Source of the DNA: Antedon mediterranea
Taxonomy: Eukaryota; Animalia; Echinodermata
Assembly (NCBI RefSeq): GCF_964355755.1
Contig: NC_092673.1
Location: 806,001-870,000 of the forward strand
Length of the DNA stretch: 64,000 bases
Direction: 5' to 3'
Positions within the stretch are counted from its first letter, which is position 1, and the number at the start of each line of letters is the position of its first letter. The notes beneath the pieces were generated by a model that saw only the letters and a program-made list of their open reading frames with translations, did not search any database and was not told the DNA's origin. Below, piece after piece: positions 38,466 through 51,538 of this stretch. A program made the position numbers and the translations under genes.

Positions 38466-38610
38466 GAGGGTCGGAAGAGAGAGAGAGAGAGGGGTGGGAA
38501 GAGAGAGAGAGAGAGGGGTGGGAAGAGAGAGAGAGAGGGGGATGGGAGGGGAGAGAGAGGGGTGGGAAGAGAGAGAGAGGGTGGGAAGAGAGAGGGGTGG
38601 GGGAGAGAGC
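38466..38610. repeat. Purine-rich (GA/GGGTGGGAA) microsatellite
   Basis: gagagagagaggggtgggaa units just upstream of the 38671 exon. Confidence 0.9.
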
Positions 38611-38670
38611 AATAACAGAGGTGAGTTTGTAATTTACGCAATTTTGCATTCATCTATTTCTGTTTCTTAG

Positions 38671-39852
38671 ATTTTCCAAATGGAAAAAAACAGGAGAGAA
38701 AAGGAAATAAAAGATATTGAGAAGAAACAAGAATTGGAAGAAAAAGAAAGAGAATTGAAGAAAAAAGAAGAAAAATTAGATAAAAGAGAAAGTGAAATGG
38801 ATAAACGAGAAAATGAAATGACTAAACGAGAAAGTAAAATGACTAAACGAGAAAGTGAAATGGATAAGCGAGAAAGAGAAATGGAGGAAACACAAGACGA
38901 ATTGGAAGACGCAAAGAAAGAATTGGAGGAAAAAGCAGAGGAATTGAAGGAAAAAGAAGAAAAATTAGATAAAAGAGAAAGTGAAATGGATAAACGAGAA
39001 AATGAAATGACTAAACGACAAAGTAAAATGACTAAACGAGAAAGTGAAATGGATAAGCGAGAAAGAGAAATGGAGGAAACACAAGACGAATTGGAAGACG
39101 CAAAGAAAGAATTGGAGGAAAAAGCAGAGGAATTGAAGGAAAAAGAAGAAAAATTAGATAAAAGAGAAAGTGAAATGGATAAACGAGAAAATGAAATGAC
39201 TAAACGACAAAGTAAAATGACTAAACGAGAAAGTGAAATGGATAAGCGAGAAAGAGAAATGGAGGAAACACAAGACGAATTGGAAGACGCAAAGAAAGAA
39301 TTAGAGGAAAAAGCAGAGGAATTGAAGGAAAAAGAAATCGAGTTGGGGGATAACGAAGGATTTGTGGACCATGATTATGATGATGATGACTATCAAAGAG
39401 AAATAACAGAAAGAGAACTGGAGGAAAAAGAAGAAGAACTGGAGGAAAAAGAAGAAGAACTGGAGGAAAAAGAAGAAGAACTGGAGGAAAAAGAAGAACT
39501 GGCAATAAAAGAAGATGAATTGGAGGAAAAAGAAGAACTGGTGAAAAAAGAAGAAAAAGTTGGAGGAAAAAGAAGACGAATTGGAGAACAGAGAAAGAAG
39601 AATTGGAGAACAGAGGAAGAGAAATAGAAGAAAAAGAAATGGCAAAACAGGAAATTGAATAAGATGGAAATAAAATTACCATTTTGCATAACTAGAAATT
39701 TGATTTCCAGTAGTTTGTCACACATTAGGAATATTATTCACTTAACCACAAACATCTTAGTATTTATAGTTTTGTTTTATAGTTGCTGTATAAGCCTAGT
39801 TTTAAGTTGCTGTAGTTTAATTCACTACATTTCATTCCTTTTCTTTATATGA
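38671..39852 (+). CDS. Glu/Lys-rich repeat coiled-coil protein; its hydrophobic tail lies beyond a TAG at 39625-39627
   Basis: Acceptor ttcttag at 38670; three 189-bp (63-aa) repeats at about 38773, 38962 and 39151, built from 21-bp units. The register slips near 39558. ORF 39655-39852 (ILVFIVLFYSCCISLVLSCCSLIHYISFLFFI) is in the same frame. Confidence 0.6.
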
Positions 39853-40102
39853 TTGACAATGAACAGAGAAATATTTTCATTGATGTGTCATTGATGTGTC
39901 CTTGATTGATAGCATTGATTCATCATGGAAGGCTAGAAGAAGCTAGGCCATTAAAAGAGGCAAGGCTTCAGTTTTTGATGTGGAGTAGAATAATATTGAT
40001 GGCATGTACTACAGGTTGCCTCGTGTAGCAGAAAAGTATTAACATTTTACAAAATGCTCAGAATGTGCGTTAGTGTTAGAATTAGAATTTTTCATTGGTA
40101 CA

Positions 40103-40334
40103 TGTGGTAACCGAGTGGTTAGGACACTTGATTGTCATACAGAGAGACCTGGGTTCAATTCCCGACAACTCCCAGTCTACTCAGCTGTAAATGAGTACTG
40201 TAGCTGGTTGAAAAGACTATAGGGAGGATAAGGCAGCATGGAAAGGAACTGCCACATTACAACATAAAGCTGAGGCTTAGTACAATGAACTCCCCTACAT
40301 TAAGAATGAACACGGGACTCACCTTTACCTTTAC
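40103..40334 (+). mobile_element. tRNA-derived SINE with a Nin/Deu-like core
   Basis: A box gtaaccgagtggtta, B box gggttcaattccc, core ctcagctgtaaatgagtac, (ctttac)n tail. Confidence 0.75.
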
Positions 40335-40586
40335 ATGTAGAACTAATACCATATGGCACATGATGCGTAATTAACCAATCAAATGGGAGGAATTGGATGT
40401 GTTATAATAAAAAATTAATGTCAAGGATTGATATAAACTAATGTTAAATTATATATATATTAATAATATAAAATTACAAAATAGACAGCTAATGTAATAG
40501 TAATGCCAGTAATTATGTACTAACAATACAACAAATTAAATATATATAGCACAAAATAAAACCGATTTTTGTTTATCGTGTGGTAT

Positions 40587-41200
40587 TTTCACGCTGCTGC
40601 TCTAGCCCGCTACGTCACAAGAGATGACTCATTGATTAACTGAAAGCAAGCAGCAGTTATAGTACTAGACACTGACGTTTTTGCTAAAAAAGATTCTCGA
40701 CTATAATTTATAGGTACCAGCTGCTGGACCCAAAAAAATGTTTGGGTCAAAGGTTGAACGACAAATCCCAAAGCATTTCTAAACACTAATCCATGAATGT
40801 TTTTGTTTGTAATAGGATTTTTCACACTTGAAGTATCTAGGCGTGACGAAGTGACCCCCAGACTTGACCTTAGCAATAAAATAAACTAAAGTGACTGATA
40901 TGAAACACAGACTCAATTTATTTATTTATTCACTTCTGTAACAAAAAAATAATATTTGTTCACATATAAAAAGAGAAAAGAAACGTTAATTATAACTCAA
41001 AAACCATTGTCTGACAGACAATTTAAGTATTTTTTGCTTTAAATTAGATTTTTTTCAGGTAAAATAACTATTATGTGACAATAAAATGACACATTCAAAA
41101 ACAAATTTGAAATAAAAAATATTTTTAAGAGGGACAATATATCTTTAAAACTGTTACGTCAATAAGCGAGCAGCGTTATTTGTAAGAAATATTTCTTGTT
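40587..41200. mobile_element. Dispersed repeat with a second copy at 42361-42842; shares a segment with 55000-55180
   Basis: Both copies start ttttcacgctgctgctctagcccgctacgtc, share aagtgacccccaga..tgaccttagcaataaaat and aaaaccattgtctgacagacaatttaagtattt, and end aagcgagcagcgtt. Confidence 0.75.
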
Positions 41201-41560
41201 TATTGTTAAATTTGGATACATTGAAGTCAGTATTCTTTTATTTTGTCGACTAGTTTACTAAATTTCAGATGGATTAATATGCTTTGAATTGATATTTATA
41301 ACACATATGCTCTCAGCTGACTTGGATAGGTAAGGACCTGATGCAATACTAAAGTATAACATACTCCAAGAACTGAACCATACATGAGCTGTTATGTACG
41401 ATAGAAAGTACTTTCAAAAAATATAAAACACACAATTAAAGTAATATACAGCATTCAGATTAATAAATTCAATAATTGAAAGAACCCCCTCTATATATTT
41501 ACAGTACACATTCCATTCACATAATGTACAATTTTGCTAACATAAACAATAAATAGTGAA

Positions 41561-41708
41561 TTCCAGGAATTTTCTAACTTTTGAATCTGATGATTTGACA
41601 AAGGTAAGTATTCTTACTTTTCTAAGGTGAAAAAATTATTGTAATATTCACAATGCCATTGTCATTATACGTGTTTTTGATATTCATATGGTGAAAAGGG
41701 GGAATTCC
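41561..41708 (+). promoter_or_regulatory. Candidate STAT (GAS) and NF-kB motifs upstream of the 41930 gene
   Basis: TTCCAGGAA at 41561-41569 (TTCNNNGAA) and GGGGAATTCC at 41699-41708, flanking a likely non-coding exon donor aaag|gtaagt at about 41603. Confidence 0.35.
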
Positions 41709-41929
41709 AGGAGGTAGGATATGGGGTTCAGCAGGAACAGGCTTCTTAACCTATAATATAAGGTATTATGATTAAACACTAAATCTACATCCATTTGTGG
41801 TGGATTCATTAAATGTTTTTTGTTAGGCCTAAATTGAATTTACTAAATATCTATTTTAAGGCAAAGATATAGATACAAAATGAAAATATGTTTTATTAAA
41901 TTGAACATTTAGTACACAAGGGTGATATC

Positions 41930-44131
41930 ATGTCTGAAAGCTCTGAAATTGAGGAACACTCTTCAACCACTACCAGCAACACAGTGGATATAAATACGCA
42001 GACTGGTAAGAATTATATAAATAATTGTACAATTTTGTTTTTAAAAACCTCTACATAAGTTTATACCCACCTTTCAATTTGTTTATGACTTATTATTGTC
42101 ATCAGCTGTTTTAAAAGAAGTCTTAATTCTTATATTAATTCATTTAAATTTAAGTAAAATTTTACCGTAATTTGTTATAAATGTAATTTTATGTTTTAAA
42201 ATCTAATTTAATATAGATTTGTATATTTTATTATTAAAAAGGGACCCTGGATATCAGCTGGCCTGTGGGGTCAGCTGGAAGGGTTAACCTCTATAAATAA
42301 ATCAAGGGTACCATATATTAACTCATACCCCTTTCACACCAAAGCTCTGCAACACCAGGTTTTTCACGCTGCTGCTCTAGCCCGCTACGTCCCATTAGGT
42401 CTACTCAATCAGAAGCTAAAGCAAGCAGCAGTTATAGTTCTAAGGACAGACAGTTTTGTGAAAATGGAAATTCCACTATGATTTATTGATTCCAGCTGCT
42501 ACAGTAGACCCAAAAAACGGCTGGGAAAGAGTCTATTAGGACATGCTAAAATTACAATTCATTGAATTATTATCGAAACAGTCCATTAAAGTTTGTGTTT
42601 GTAATAGGATACTTCACAATTGAAATATCTAGGGTGATGAAGTGACCCCCAGATTTGACCTTAGCAATAAAATTAACTAAAGTGACAGAAATTGAGTATT
42701 CACTTCTGTAACAAAAAAGTAATATTTATTCACATATAAAAAATGAAAAGAAACCCAAAAACCATTGTCTGACAGACAATTTAAGTATTTGTTGCTTTAA
42801 ATTACAAGCGAGCAGCGTTTTTTTAAAGAAATATTTCTTGTTTAAATCTATTTTGTTTGTGATAATATTTATTTTATATTAATTTAATAATGATTTTAAA
42901 AAGTTTCAAAAGACATATAATGTTTTATTTATACTTTTTATTATTTTTTAGACATATATTTTGTACAAATACAAAAAGTATTTTGAAATAAAACTAAAGC
43001 AATTATTGATCATGTGAGGATGACCTTTTGACCTAAAACTCTGGTTGGTACCTTTCACACCAAAACACTGGTGTGTCCCCACAATTCGTTCTCCGGAGAA
43101 CGTTCAGCTGCTCAACCTCAGTCTTTTGAACTCCAGAGTTGTTTTGATTTTACCTTTCACACCAAAATACCGGGGCATCAATTCCGGATTGTCTCCTAAG
43201 TTTTGTGTTTGGTGTGAAAGGGGTATAAAGACTTATCAATTTTGTTATTTTCACAAATGTTTTGGTATTTATTTTTTTAGATAACCATGAACATGCAACA
43301 GAGAAAAAATATTTGTCTTGTGAAAATAATGTCAGCAACACCATAAAAGAATTAATAGCCAAGGTTGAAAAAAGCACAAGTGAATATGATGCAGTTGAAG
43401 AAAACCTTAAGAAAGTGTGTCAAGATCTCCGATTAGAAAGACAGAAACTATCAGATGAAAATGATGTTTTGAAATCAAAAATTGATGACATGCAGGTAGC
43501 ACAGGATAAAGAAATTAACAGAATGGAACAAATATCAACGGAGTTAACTGCGACGAATAACAGTGTTAGCCAAGAAAAAGACACCAAGATTACAGAAAAG
43601 AACCGTGAAATTCGAGATAAGGACCGTGAAATTCATGCATTAAAATCGGATTTAAAGCTAGAAGCAAAGAGGATGCAAAATCTAGAAGAATCAAGAAAAG
43701 AGCTGAATGACAGATGTGGAAATCTAGAAGTAGATTTACATAAATCAAAAGACCAGATAAAAACTCAGGACAAAAAAATTGGAGATCTACAAAACAAAGG
43801 GAAGAAGACAGATGCCTCTTTAAAGAAGATGACAGAGGAAAGAGATAGACTAAATCTAAGTAATTTAAAAATAAGGAAATCTGAAAAACAACTCAGGGAA
43901 CAATAAAAAAAACTAAAAGAAGAAAATGAGGAGAAGAATAGAGAAGAAACAATTTTGAAAGAAAAACTGAAAAGAGAAATTGAGGAAAGGAACAGAACAG
44001 AAACAACGTTGAAAGACAAAGATTCTCAAAGTGGTCTCCTTTTCAAATGTATAATATGTTTGATCATTCTTTTATTCTTCATTTTGTTTATTACTGTATT
44101 AACTTTTGTATTATTGTTCACCAATAAATAG
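41930..44131 (+). CDS. Cluster paralog of gene A: acidic mini-exon + coiled coil, with an in-frame TAA (43904-43906) before the tail anchor
   Basis: Exon 41930-42005 (MSESSEIEEHSSTTTSNTVDINTQT, phase 1) joins exon 43281; EKNREIRDKDREIHALKSD. After the TAA the frame stays open: KKLKEENEEK...GLLFKCIICLIILLFFILFITVLTFVLLFTNK*. Confidence 0.7.
42328..43223. mobile_element. TA-flanked MITE (TIR cccctttcacaccaaa) with a nested repeat
   Basis: ta|cccctttcacaccaaa ... tttggtgtgaaagggg|ta; the 42361-42842 repeat sits inside. Confidence 0.6.
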
Positions 44132-46279
44132 ATGCATAAACATGTACAATCTTAAAACTTGATACTAAATTGTGCATCACATCAAACAAATAAATTTTAC
44201 GAAAGCCCAAAGACAAAATTTAACTTCAATATTTATATTTATTGTAACCTCCCTTTCACTGCGTGTACCCAGTATTACCGGATATAAACAATGTTGTTGA
44301 ACTGAGCATACCTGGTATTACTGGATATAGCAAAAACAATTATTTAATCGTATTTGCCTATAATATACAGCATCCTCTATATATTTCGACAAACTGGAAT
44401 ACATTGCAATTCATTAAAAATCAAAGTTTCCAGCACAACATGTGCCCTCTATAGTTTTGAATACCGTCTTACAATTTTGATTTTAATTTGCGACCCTTTT
44501 ATAGTTATCTATCAGTGATTTTTCTTTCAAAATAGCTGTAATGACATCACATGACGTCATTATTATGCAAAATACCTTTTTTTTTAACTCATCCCAACCA
44601 TAGACCAAACTTTTATATCAAAAAAACATGTTACACACAGAGGTGGGACTAACACTGTGCAAAGGGTTAATTGACGATCATCCTATGATACATTTTAGCT
44701 ACACATTTCTTTGTTTATAAGAATTTTAGGTTTTTATATTTGTTTTTAAATTTTTATATCTTGATAAATTATATGTTTTAAATTGTACAATTAATAGATT
44801 TTTACAATTGATTGTATTCAAAATGTTCGGTACATAAACGGGAAAAATTGAGCTCAGGACAAATCTGTGGACTTCCTTAAAATTTTTAAGTATGTGTACA
44901 ATATTTTGGTGCTAATGCTATATATAAAGATGCAAAGATAAATAAATTAATATGCTAGCTAAATGGCAGAATATGTAGGCGAGAATGAAGGGGAAGATTG
45001 CATAGATTTAAATTTTATAAAAATTGGATTATAATATTCCATATATTTTCTTACATGTAATATGTTCAGAACATATAGCATTCCTAGTATAGTTCTATTC
45101 TCTATACTCTTGTGTATTCACAAAACATTCATTTTGACCAAATTGTAGAGCAAATTACTATTAATAGTAATTTTATTTTAAAAATTACTAGTAAAAAGTA
45201 AACTTTAACTTTTTGAGTTTCTAATTGCACATTACATACGTATATATAACAATAATGTTAGGTACATTATTGTATATAGTATTAAATTACCTTAATTATG
45301 ATCATGTTAAGATTAAAAAATATTTTTTTTAGTTGATACTAGTCACAATTAATATAAATGGAATGTTAAGTACCAGTATGATACAATTATATATACCTCA
45401 TTTTGCATCAAATTTATCTAACCTTTTCAGGGTATAAAAATATTTTTATTATTATTATAAGGTTTATTTGTTGTTAATAAATATACAAAAAAAAAAGAAG
45501 AAAAGAGAGAAAACATTAATAATCTTATGAAATTTAAAATAAAAGAATAATGATTTGTTTTTTTTATATATATTTATATTTATCAAATGAATTATTTGAA
45601 ATTCTATACTTACCCTTATTTAAGTACCTTATTAATTTATATTATTGTAATAGCTTATAAAAGAAAAAAATGTTTACGTTGAATTGAATATATTTTGTAT
45701 TTAAGCTTTAAAATTTCCTCAGCTTCTTATAGGATGCATGAGACATTGTAATAGGTGCAAACAAATAAACGATTATAATTATAATAATTTAAAAACATTA
45801 CACCAAGAGTAATATTCTAAATATGAATCTATAATATATAATAACAAATAGGATCAATATTCTATTAGTCTATAATAGAACTTATTTTGTTATTATAAAA
45901 CACTGTTGGAGTTAATAAAATATAACGTTTTGTATACAGTCTAGACTAAAGGCTGCGTTTATAAACGGTGTAAATAAATGAATTCTATAAAGAGTTTACT
46001 CAGTTTGAATGAATTAAAATTTTAATCCATGCCAACAAAAAAAACCTAATTATAGCTATAGCTCGTAGTGAAGCTGTAGCTTGGTGGTTAACATGCTTGC
46101 CTTCCAATCCCAAGGTCCAGGGTTTAAGCCTGACCTAATGCTTGGGTTGTAACTCACAACTCCACTCCCTAAGCCTCAAATGACAGTGAGACTTAGTTTA
46201 AAAGCATGATAATTTATAATTGGCGAGTCTGTGCTCACTGTTGGAGATGCGTATGAAATTTTAAAAACAATATGAAGGA

Positions 46280-46520
46280 GACAAAGTTTTGCACCAGAGT
46301 ATGATCTAATACTTTGGTGAAATATAGTAGTCCTGTATTTTTGGGAGATAAATATAAGAGGATGACCTAGTGTTAGTTTTAACATTAAATTTAAACATAT
46401 CGTAAAATCTATGAGGATAATAAATTTAACTGTAAAAGAAGATTTTGAAATTATACGCATGATTCTTTTTTGGAGCAATGTTAATTTAGTAAGATTTGAT
46501 TGAAAAGTATAAGGAAGAAC
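46280..46520 (-). mobile_element. Decayed LINE (CR1/L2-like) ORF2 3' fragment
   Basis: QSNLTKLTLLQKRIMRIISKS and SIRSYSGAKL are typical post-RT C-terminal LINE motifs. Confidence 0.6.
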
Positions 46521-46874
46521 AAGGTACGATTTGGACAGATTCAAAGCCTTTGAAGAAATCACAATCCTGGAATTTGCAATACTCTGACGTAAATTGTACA
46601 TCTGTTCGGAAATAAATCAATATTAAATCAATATTACACCAATCAATAAACTAATTAATATACTCATTTACTGTATGTACAAATCAGCACGAAGTATAAC
46701 TGGTGGAAGAATTTTGTACCATTAAACTATTGTGAGCAGGTTTACACAGTAAAGTAAGTATACAGTACTATACTATATACACAGTATAATTAAATAAAAA
46801 CAAAGATGTGATATTCATTATTTAATTTAACTGTTATTTTATCATTAATAAACTAGGTTCATGCATTCATGCTT

Positions 46875-46909
46875 GGGAAATTTCCACAACAATAGGGTTG
46901 TTCCAGGAA
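46875..46909 (+). promoter_or_regulatory. Adjacent NF-kB-like and GAS-like motifs upstream of the 47245 gene
   Basis: GGGAAATTTCC at 46875-46885 and TTCCAGGAA at 46901-46909. Confidence 0.35.
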
Positions 46910-47244
46910 TAGCCTTACAGTTTCTATTCTGAGAGACTGCATTAAAAGTTAATCAATGAGATACTAAACCTAAATGACTAGGTGCATTTTTTGTTTCAGC
47001 CTTCTGTCATTATTGTAGAAAGTTATAAGACTCAACAGAGCCACAGGTGATTGATTCACACACAAACTTGCAAGAAAAATAAAGGGAAATTGACAGAGCA
47101 TTTGTTCATATTATTTCTTACCAGTTGAAATTTTCCTTGTGATTTTTAAAGTAGAAATATACAATAAAAACAAATTATCTTTTAATGGTTAGTGCTTAAC
47201 GTAAGAAATAAATTTGCATACATAAAAACCAAATAATTGATGGA

Positions 47245-47862
47245 GTGGTTGATCTTCTAAAAAATCAGATATTACTTAAGAGGCAACCAAAAACAGAAAC
47301 AAAAACAATGTCAAGTGAAAATGTGGATGTCAAGAATGAACTTAGAACTCAAAATGAGCAAGATTTGAAATTGCACAATTATGACCTACATAAAGCGCTG
47401 CAAAAAGAAATCAAAGAAAGTAACAAATTATCATTGCAGTGTCTTGAAAACAAAAATGAATTTAACATTGTCCTACATGAGAAGGACAAGGTAAGTAGAG
47501 ATAAGGACCGTGAAATTGATGATTTGAAATCTGAAAAAAAGAGAAATCAAATTTGGCTTCTAAACAAAGAAAAGGAAGTTACAAGACTAAACGAGGAGGG
47601 ACAAGCTAAGGATGAGAAAATCAGGGATCAAAAGAAAATTATCTTTAAGTTAATTGTTACTATTAGTATTATTATTGGTTTGCTTTGTACGCTTCTTATA
47701 ATTATATTCTTATTCGGTATAAACCAATTAATTGAGCTCCTTCCAACCGGGATAACGGATATTGAAGAATCAACAGATAACCATGTACAATTTACTACTG
47801 ATGAACTAAAAAACTTAACAATTAAATTGTTGTCATTTTTATTTTCTTGTCCAATCATATAG
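47245..47862 (+). CDS. Cluster paralog: coiled coil + transmembrane segment + short tail with a second hydrophobic end
   Basis: KTMSSEN; HEKDKVSRDKDREIDDLKSE; IIFKLIVTISIIIGLLCTLLIIIFLFGI; ends LTIKLLSFLFSCPII. Confidence 0.7.
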   Translation: MVDLLKNQILLKRQPKTETKTMSSENVDVKNELRTQNEQDLKLHNYDLHKALQKEIKESNKLSLQCLENKNEFNIVLHEKDKVSRDKDREIDDLKSEKKRNQIWLLNKEKEVTRLNEEGQAKDEKIRDQKKIIFKLIVTISIIIGLLCTLLIIIFLFGINQLIELLPTGITDIEESTDNHVQFTTDELKNLTIKLLSFLFSCPII

Positions 47863-49682
47863 TTCTCAGGGTTTCTACTGATCAGTTGGATGGACTCTTT
47901 AAATAAGTAAAAATTAAAACATTAAAATTAAATTATTATAAGTTTCAATAATTTTTAAATACAATTTAATTACTAACTAAAAATAATTTGAAAATATGAA
48001 TAGTTGAATTAATGAATTGTAATTTAATATGATTAGTTATTCCCATCCCATTGGGACATCTCTATGTGGTTTCAATAACAAAATGATTGAACTGGTAGGG
48101 TCTATTAGCCCAATCCAGTCCTTTCTTAACGGCTCAGCAGCTTGACTAACAAAAAACTAATTTGAAAATGTAGTAGCTGCTTTTAAATAATAGAAAATCT
48201 GTAAAAATTGTATATTTAAGGGAAAAAACATTCACACATTCCAGAGTGAATACTGTTAATTAATTAGTAGATTGTTACATTCTAGAAAGAAAATCTAATA
48301 TTTCAATCATTTTTAGTTGTATTTAAATGATAACATTTATAATACCATTTTATTTATAAATAAGCCTCTATAAAAATGTTTAATTATTTTAATTATTTTT
48401 GCTTCTAATTGTTCTTAATTATAAGGAGGTATAATATTAAAACAAGTAACTTCAAACAGAGCCATATTTTGTCTTTGTCATCATACAATTAAACATGAAT
48501 GTGGAATGTAATTTGAATTGTATCTTTTGTTTTTACAGTATTTGATGAGGGAAACTTTTTATAATCTATCACATCCATATATTACATACTGAATTGAGGG
48601 ATATGACAGAAAAATTAAATATATTTGTGTACTTATCAATTAATAATTTGTATTTCAATACAACATTTTATTGATTGCCTCGGTATTTTGAGCTAATCCC
48701 TTTGAACAAACATTGTTCCTATGACAACAAACAACATGAAATAGATCATTCACTATAATATCTGTTTATTACTGGCCTAATATGTTTGGTCACAGATTTC
48801 TAGTATTGCTTCTAAATGTGTTTTTAATGATAAAAAAATCAATCATATTTACAAAATAGGAATAGCATACAACATTTTTAGGGCTTGATGAAATCAAGAA
48901 GTTTAAATTAAAGTATATGCAAATAACAAACATTGTTATCATGGGCCCTACAGTAGTGTCTCACTAGAACCTAATAGTGTTTTGTATTAAACAAACAAAT
49001 GGATGATGGGAAATATGATGTCACCTGAAAATGATGTATAGATTATTAATAGTTCTATTCATTCATTGATCCATACCAATACAAACAATTATCATGTGAC
49101 ATGCTGTGGCGTATTTGTAAACACTGTAGTAAAAAAGGTAAATATTAGATTTGCACCTTCCATTGACTATTTTATACAGTATAAATTGCAATTAATGTTT
49201 GATAGATTAATAAGGCATAGTAACGTTAAAAGCTGCAGTAGAAAGAGTTGTTCAATTCGCAGTTTAGCAGACTTGTACAAGGTAAGGTATCTAAAATCAA
49301 TTGTACCTGTAGATTTCATAAAGATATGTAAGAACATACATTTTTTGGGCTTTGAGTTGGCCCGATGCAAATGACTGTTGTTATATCATTAGATGATATA
49401 CATTCATTATGTCGGCCTAAATATAAAAAAAATATAGTATTGTTTAATGAAATATTAAGATTGATAAGATAAGTGGTTAAGGTTAACTTCCCTGTCTGTT
49501 CTTCTTTCTGAGTGCATTGACGCAAACTACACAATAATACAGGAAAAAAATGAGGAGAATAAACATTAAAATATGATAGTAACTACTAACTCTATCAAAA
49601 ATATTAAAATACTAATTAATTCCAACTAATTTATTTACATAGTTTCCTATCGAGTGTCTTGTCTCACTGTCTGACATGAAAT

Positions 49683-51173
49683 ATGGAGGAGGAAGGAAGT
49701 ACTGTGGTGATGAACCTGGATAAAATACAAGATGAAAATACCGCTCTCAAAAAGAAAATTGTTGACCTAGAATTGTATAAAAAGGAAACTCAAATAGAAA
49801 TAGACTACATGAATCAACACGGTATGGTAGACAAAGAAGAAATTGAGGAGAGCAAAAGAATCATAGATGAACTACACAATGAAATAAACAGCTTGACAAA
49901 GCAAAATCAGGAAATTAAACAAGAATTACGAAAGATAAACCTACTACTACAACATGATCAGATCGACATACAACGTCTTATTAAAAGAAATTGCCAATGT
50001 AAGTAAAATATATTTATTGTTTATACGACTGTTTGTTGTCCGCTTTCCTCGTTTTTTATCATGCTAATTACTGCCTCATTTAAATACAACCTCCTGTGTT
50101 ATTGGCATTGATTTCAGTTCTGATGATAATAGTTTTCCCAAAACATGCCAAGACATTTTAAGGCAGTTTGCCTATTAGTATCAAATGCCTAGCAATCATG
50201 ATTTTAACTCAAATGTTTGGTGGTGTCATACATGATATATCTATTGTGTTGTCTATTAGCGAGGACTTTTGCTGCAAAATTCTTTAAATAAGAAAAATAA
50301 AACTAGACATAATGAAAGCCTTTTAAATGACTTGTTTAAACAATTAATTTTATAAAGTACCAATTACACATTGTTCTGATATTAATCTATCTAAAGCCTT
50401 GTCTGCACTATATTTATGTGTTAAACAATGATGATGTCATATCACTACCATCATATATAGGCACATCAAACTTTTTTGACAAATAAAGTTTAATAGTGTA
50501 GACAAGGCTTTAGTTGACAGTTTATAATAAATTAATTACAGTAATTAATATATATTTGAATTAAAATAAAATAAAAATACATTATTTATTAACAGTTATA
50601 ATTCAAGAATTGGAAACTCATGAAGCAAAATCTGTTGAAGAAAAAGTGTTACCCAAAGATGATAATCACACAACAAAGGCATACACTCAAGACAAACATG
50701 AAATGAAGGCATACACTCAAGACAAACATGAAATGAAGGCATACACTCAAGACAAACATGAAATGAAGGCATACACTCAAGACAAACATGAAATGAAGGC
50801 ATACACTCAAGACAAACATGAAATGAAGGCATACAGTCAAGACAAACATGAAATGAAGGCATACACTCAAGACAAACATGAAATGAAGGCATACACTCAA
50901 GACAAACATGAAATGAAGGCATACAGTCAAGACGAACATGAAGTGAAGGCATACACTCAAGACAAACATGAAATGAAGGCGTGCAGTCAAGACGAACATG
51001 AAGTGAAGGCATACAGTCAAGAAAATGAGATAAATGATTCAAAAATCCTAATGATATTAAAATGGCTGTTGGGAGACAAATATGTTAATGCCAGTGAAAA
51101 CATCATTAAAAAAGTTAAACAAATAATTGGTTATTTTGAGAAATGGAGAGAAACAGGACAGAAAACAACTTAG
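49683..51173 (+). CDS. Two-exon coiled-coil protein with a 10-aa tandem repeat
   Basis: Exon 49683-49998 (phase-1 donor T|gtaagt) joins exon 50596-51173 (acceptor aacag, in frame); KAYTQDKHEM repeated about 11.5 times (30-bp unit, 50676-51021); amphipathic C-terminus. Confidence 0.65.
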
Positions 51174-51538
51174 GGTATGTTCAGATCTATGGAGTTAAGC
51201 TTTCGTATCGCAAGCAATGTCATTATTATAATTAGCGTCGTAACAGACAAGTGTTCAGATTTGCCTAACTAACACTTTCGTTTCAAACTGAAGTGTTACC
51301 GATTTGGGCGAACATGTGGTATGCAAGAGTAATTTTGATTGGTTAGAGGTCAAAATCGTTGATGCATGACTTTCGTATTGTAAGCGGCGTCCACCAATCT
51401 TGTACCTTGAGCTGTCGTAACGAACGAAAGATCAGTGTCGTACGAGGTGGCTTCCACTAATCTTTCCCTGGTTCAGACCTATGGAGTTGTACGCCGCGTA
51501 CAATACGAAAGCATAACTCTGTAGGTCTGAACAGGCCC
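51173..51538. mobile_element. Harbinger-like MITE with a TTA TSD
   Basis: tta|gggtatgttcagatctatggagttaagctttcgtat ... atacgaaagcataactctgtaggtctgaacaggccc|tta. Confidence 0.8.

Noticed and set aside
38432-38620. GA-rich segment with acceptor and donor as a coding exon of the 38671 gene
   Set aside because: The phase-compatible frame contains a TAA, the ATG frame does not match the next exon, and the intron would be only 50 nt; at most UTR.
39221-39725. Phe/Leu/Ser-rich minus-strand ORFs
   Set aside because: Antisense shadows of the GAA-rich coiled-coil exon.
40103-40175. Possible tRNA gene
   Set aside because: A and B boxes are present but there is no complete cloverleaf, and it continues into a SINE core and simple-repeat tail.
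19300-47862. Calling the coiled-coil proteins myosin, golgin, SMC or tetherin orthologs
   Set aside because: The similarity would be compositional only; no diagnostic domains, and the topology (no N-terminal TM) differs from tetherin.
50596-51042. Cys/His-rich minus-strand repeat ORFs (MPSFHVCLEC)n resembling a metal-binding protein
   Set aside because: Antisense of the 30-bp repeat; the plus strand has the phase-matched splice acceptor.
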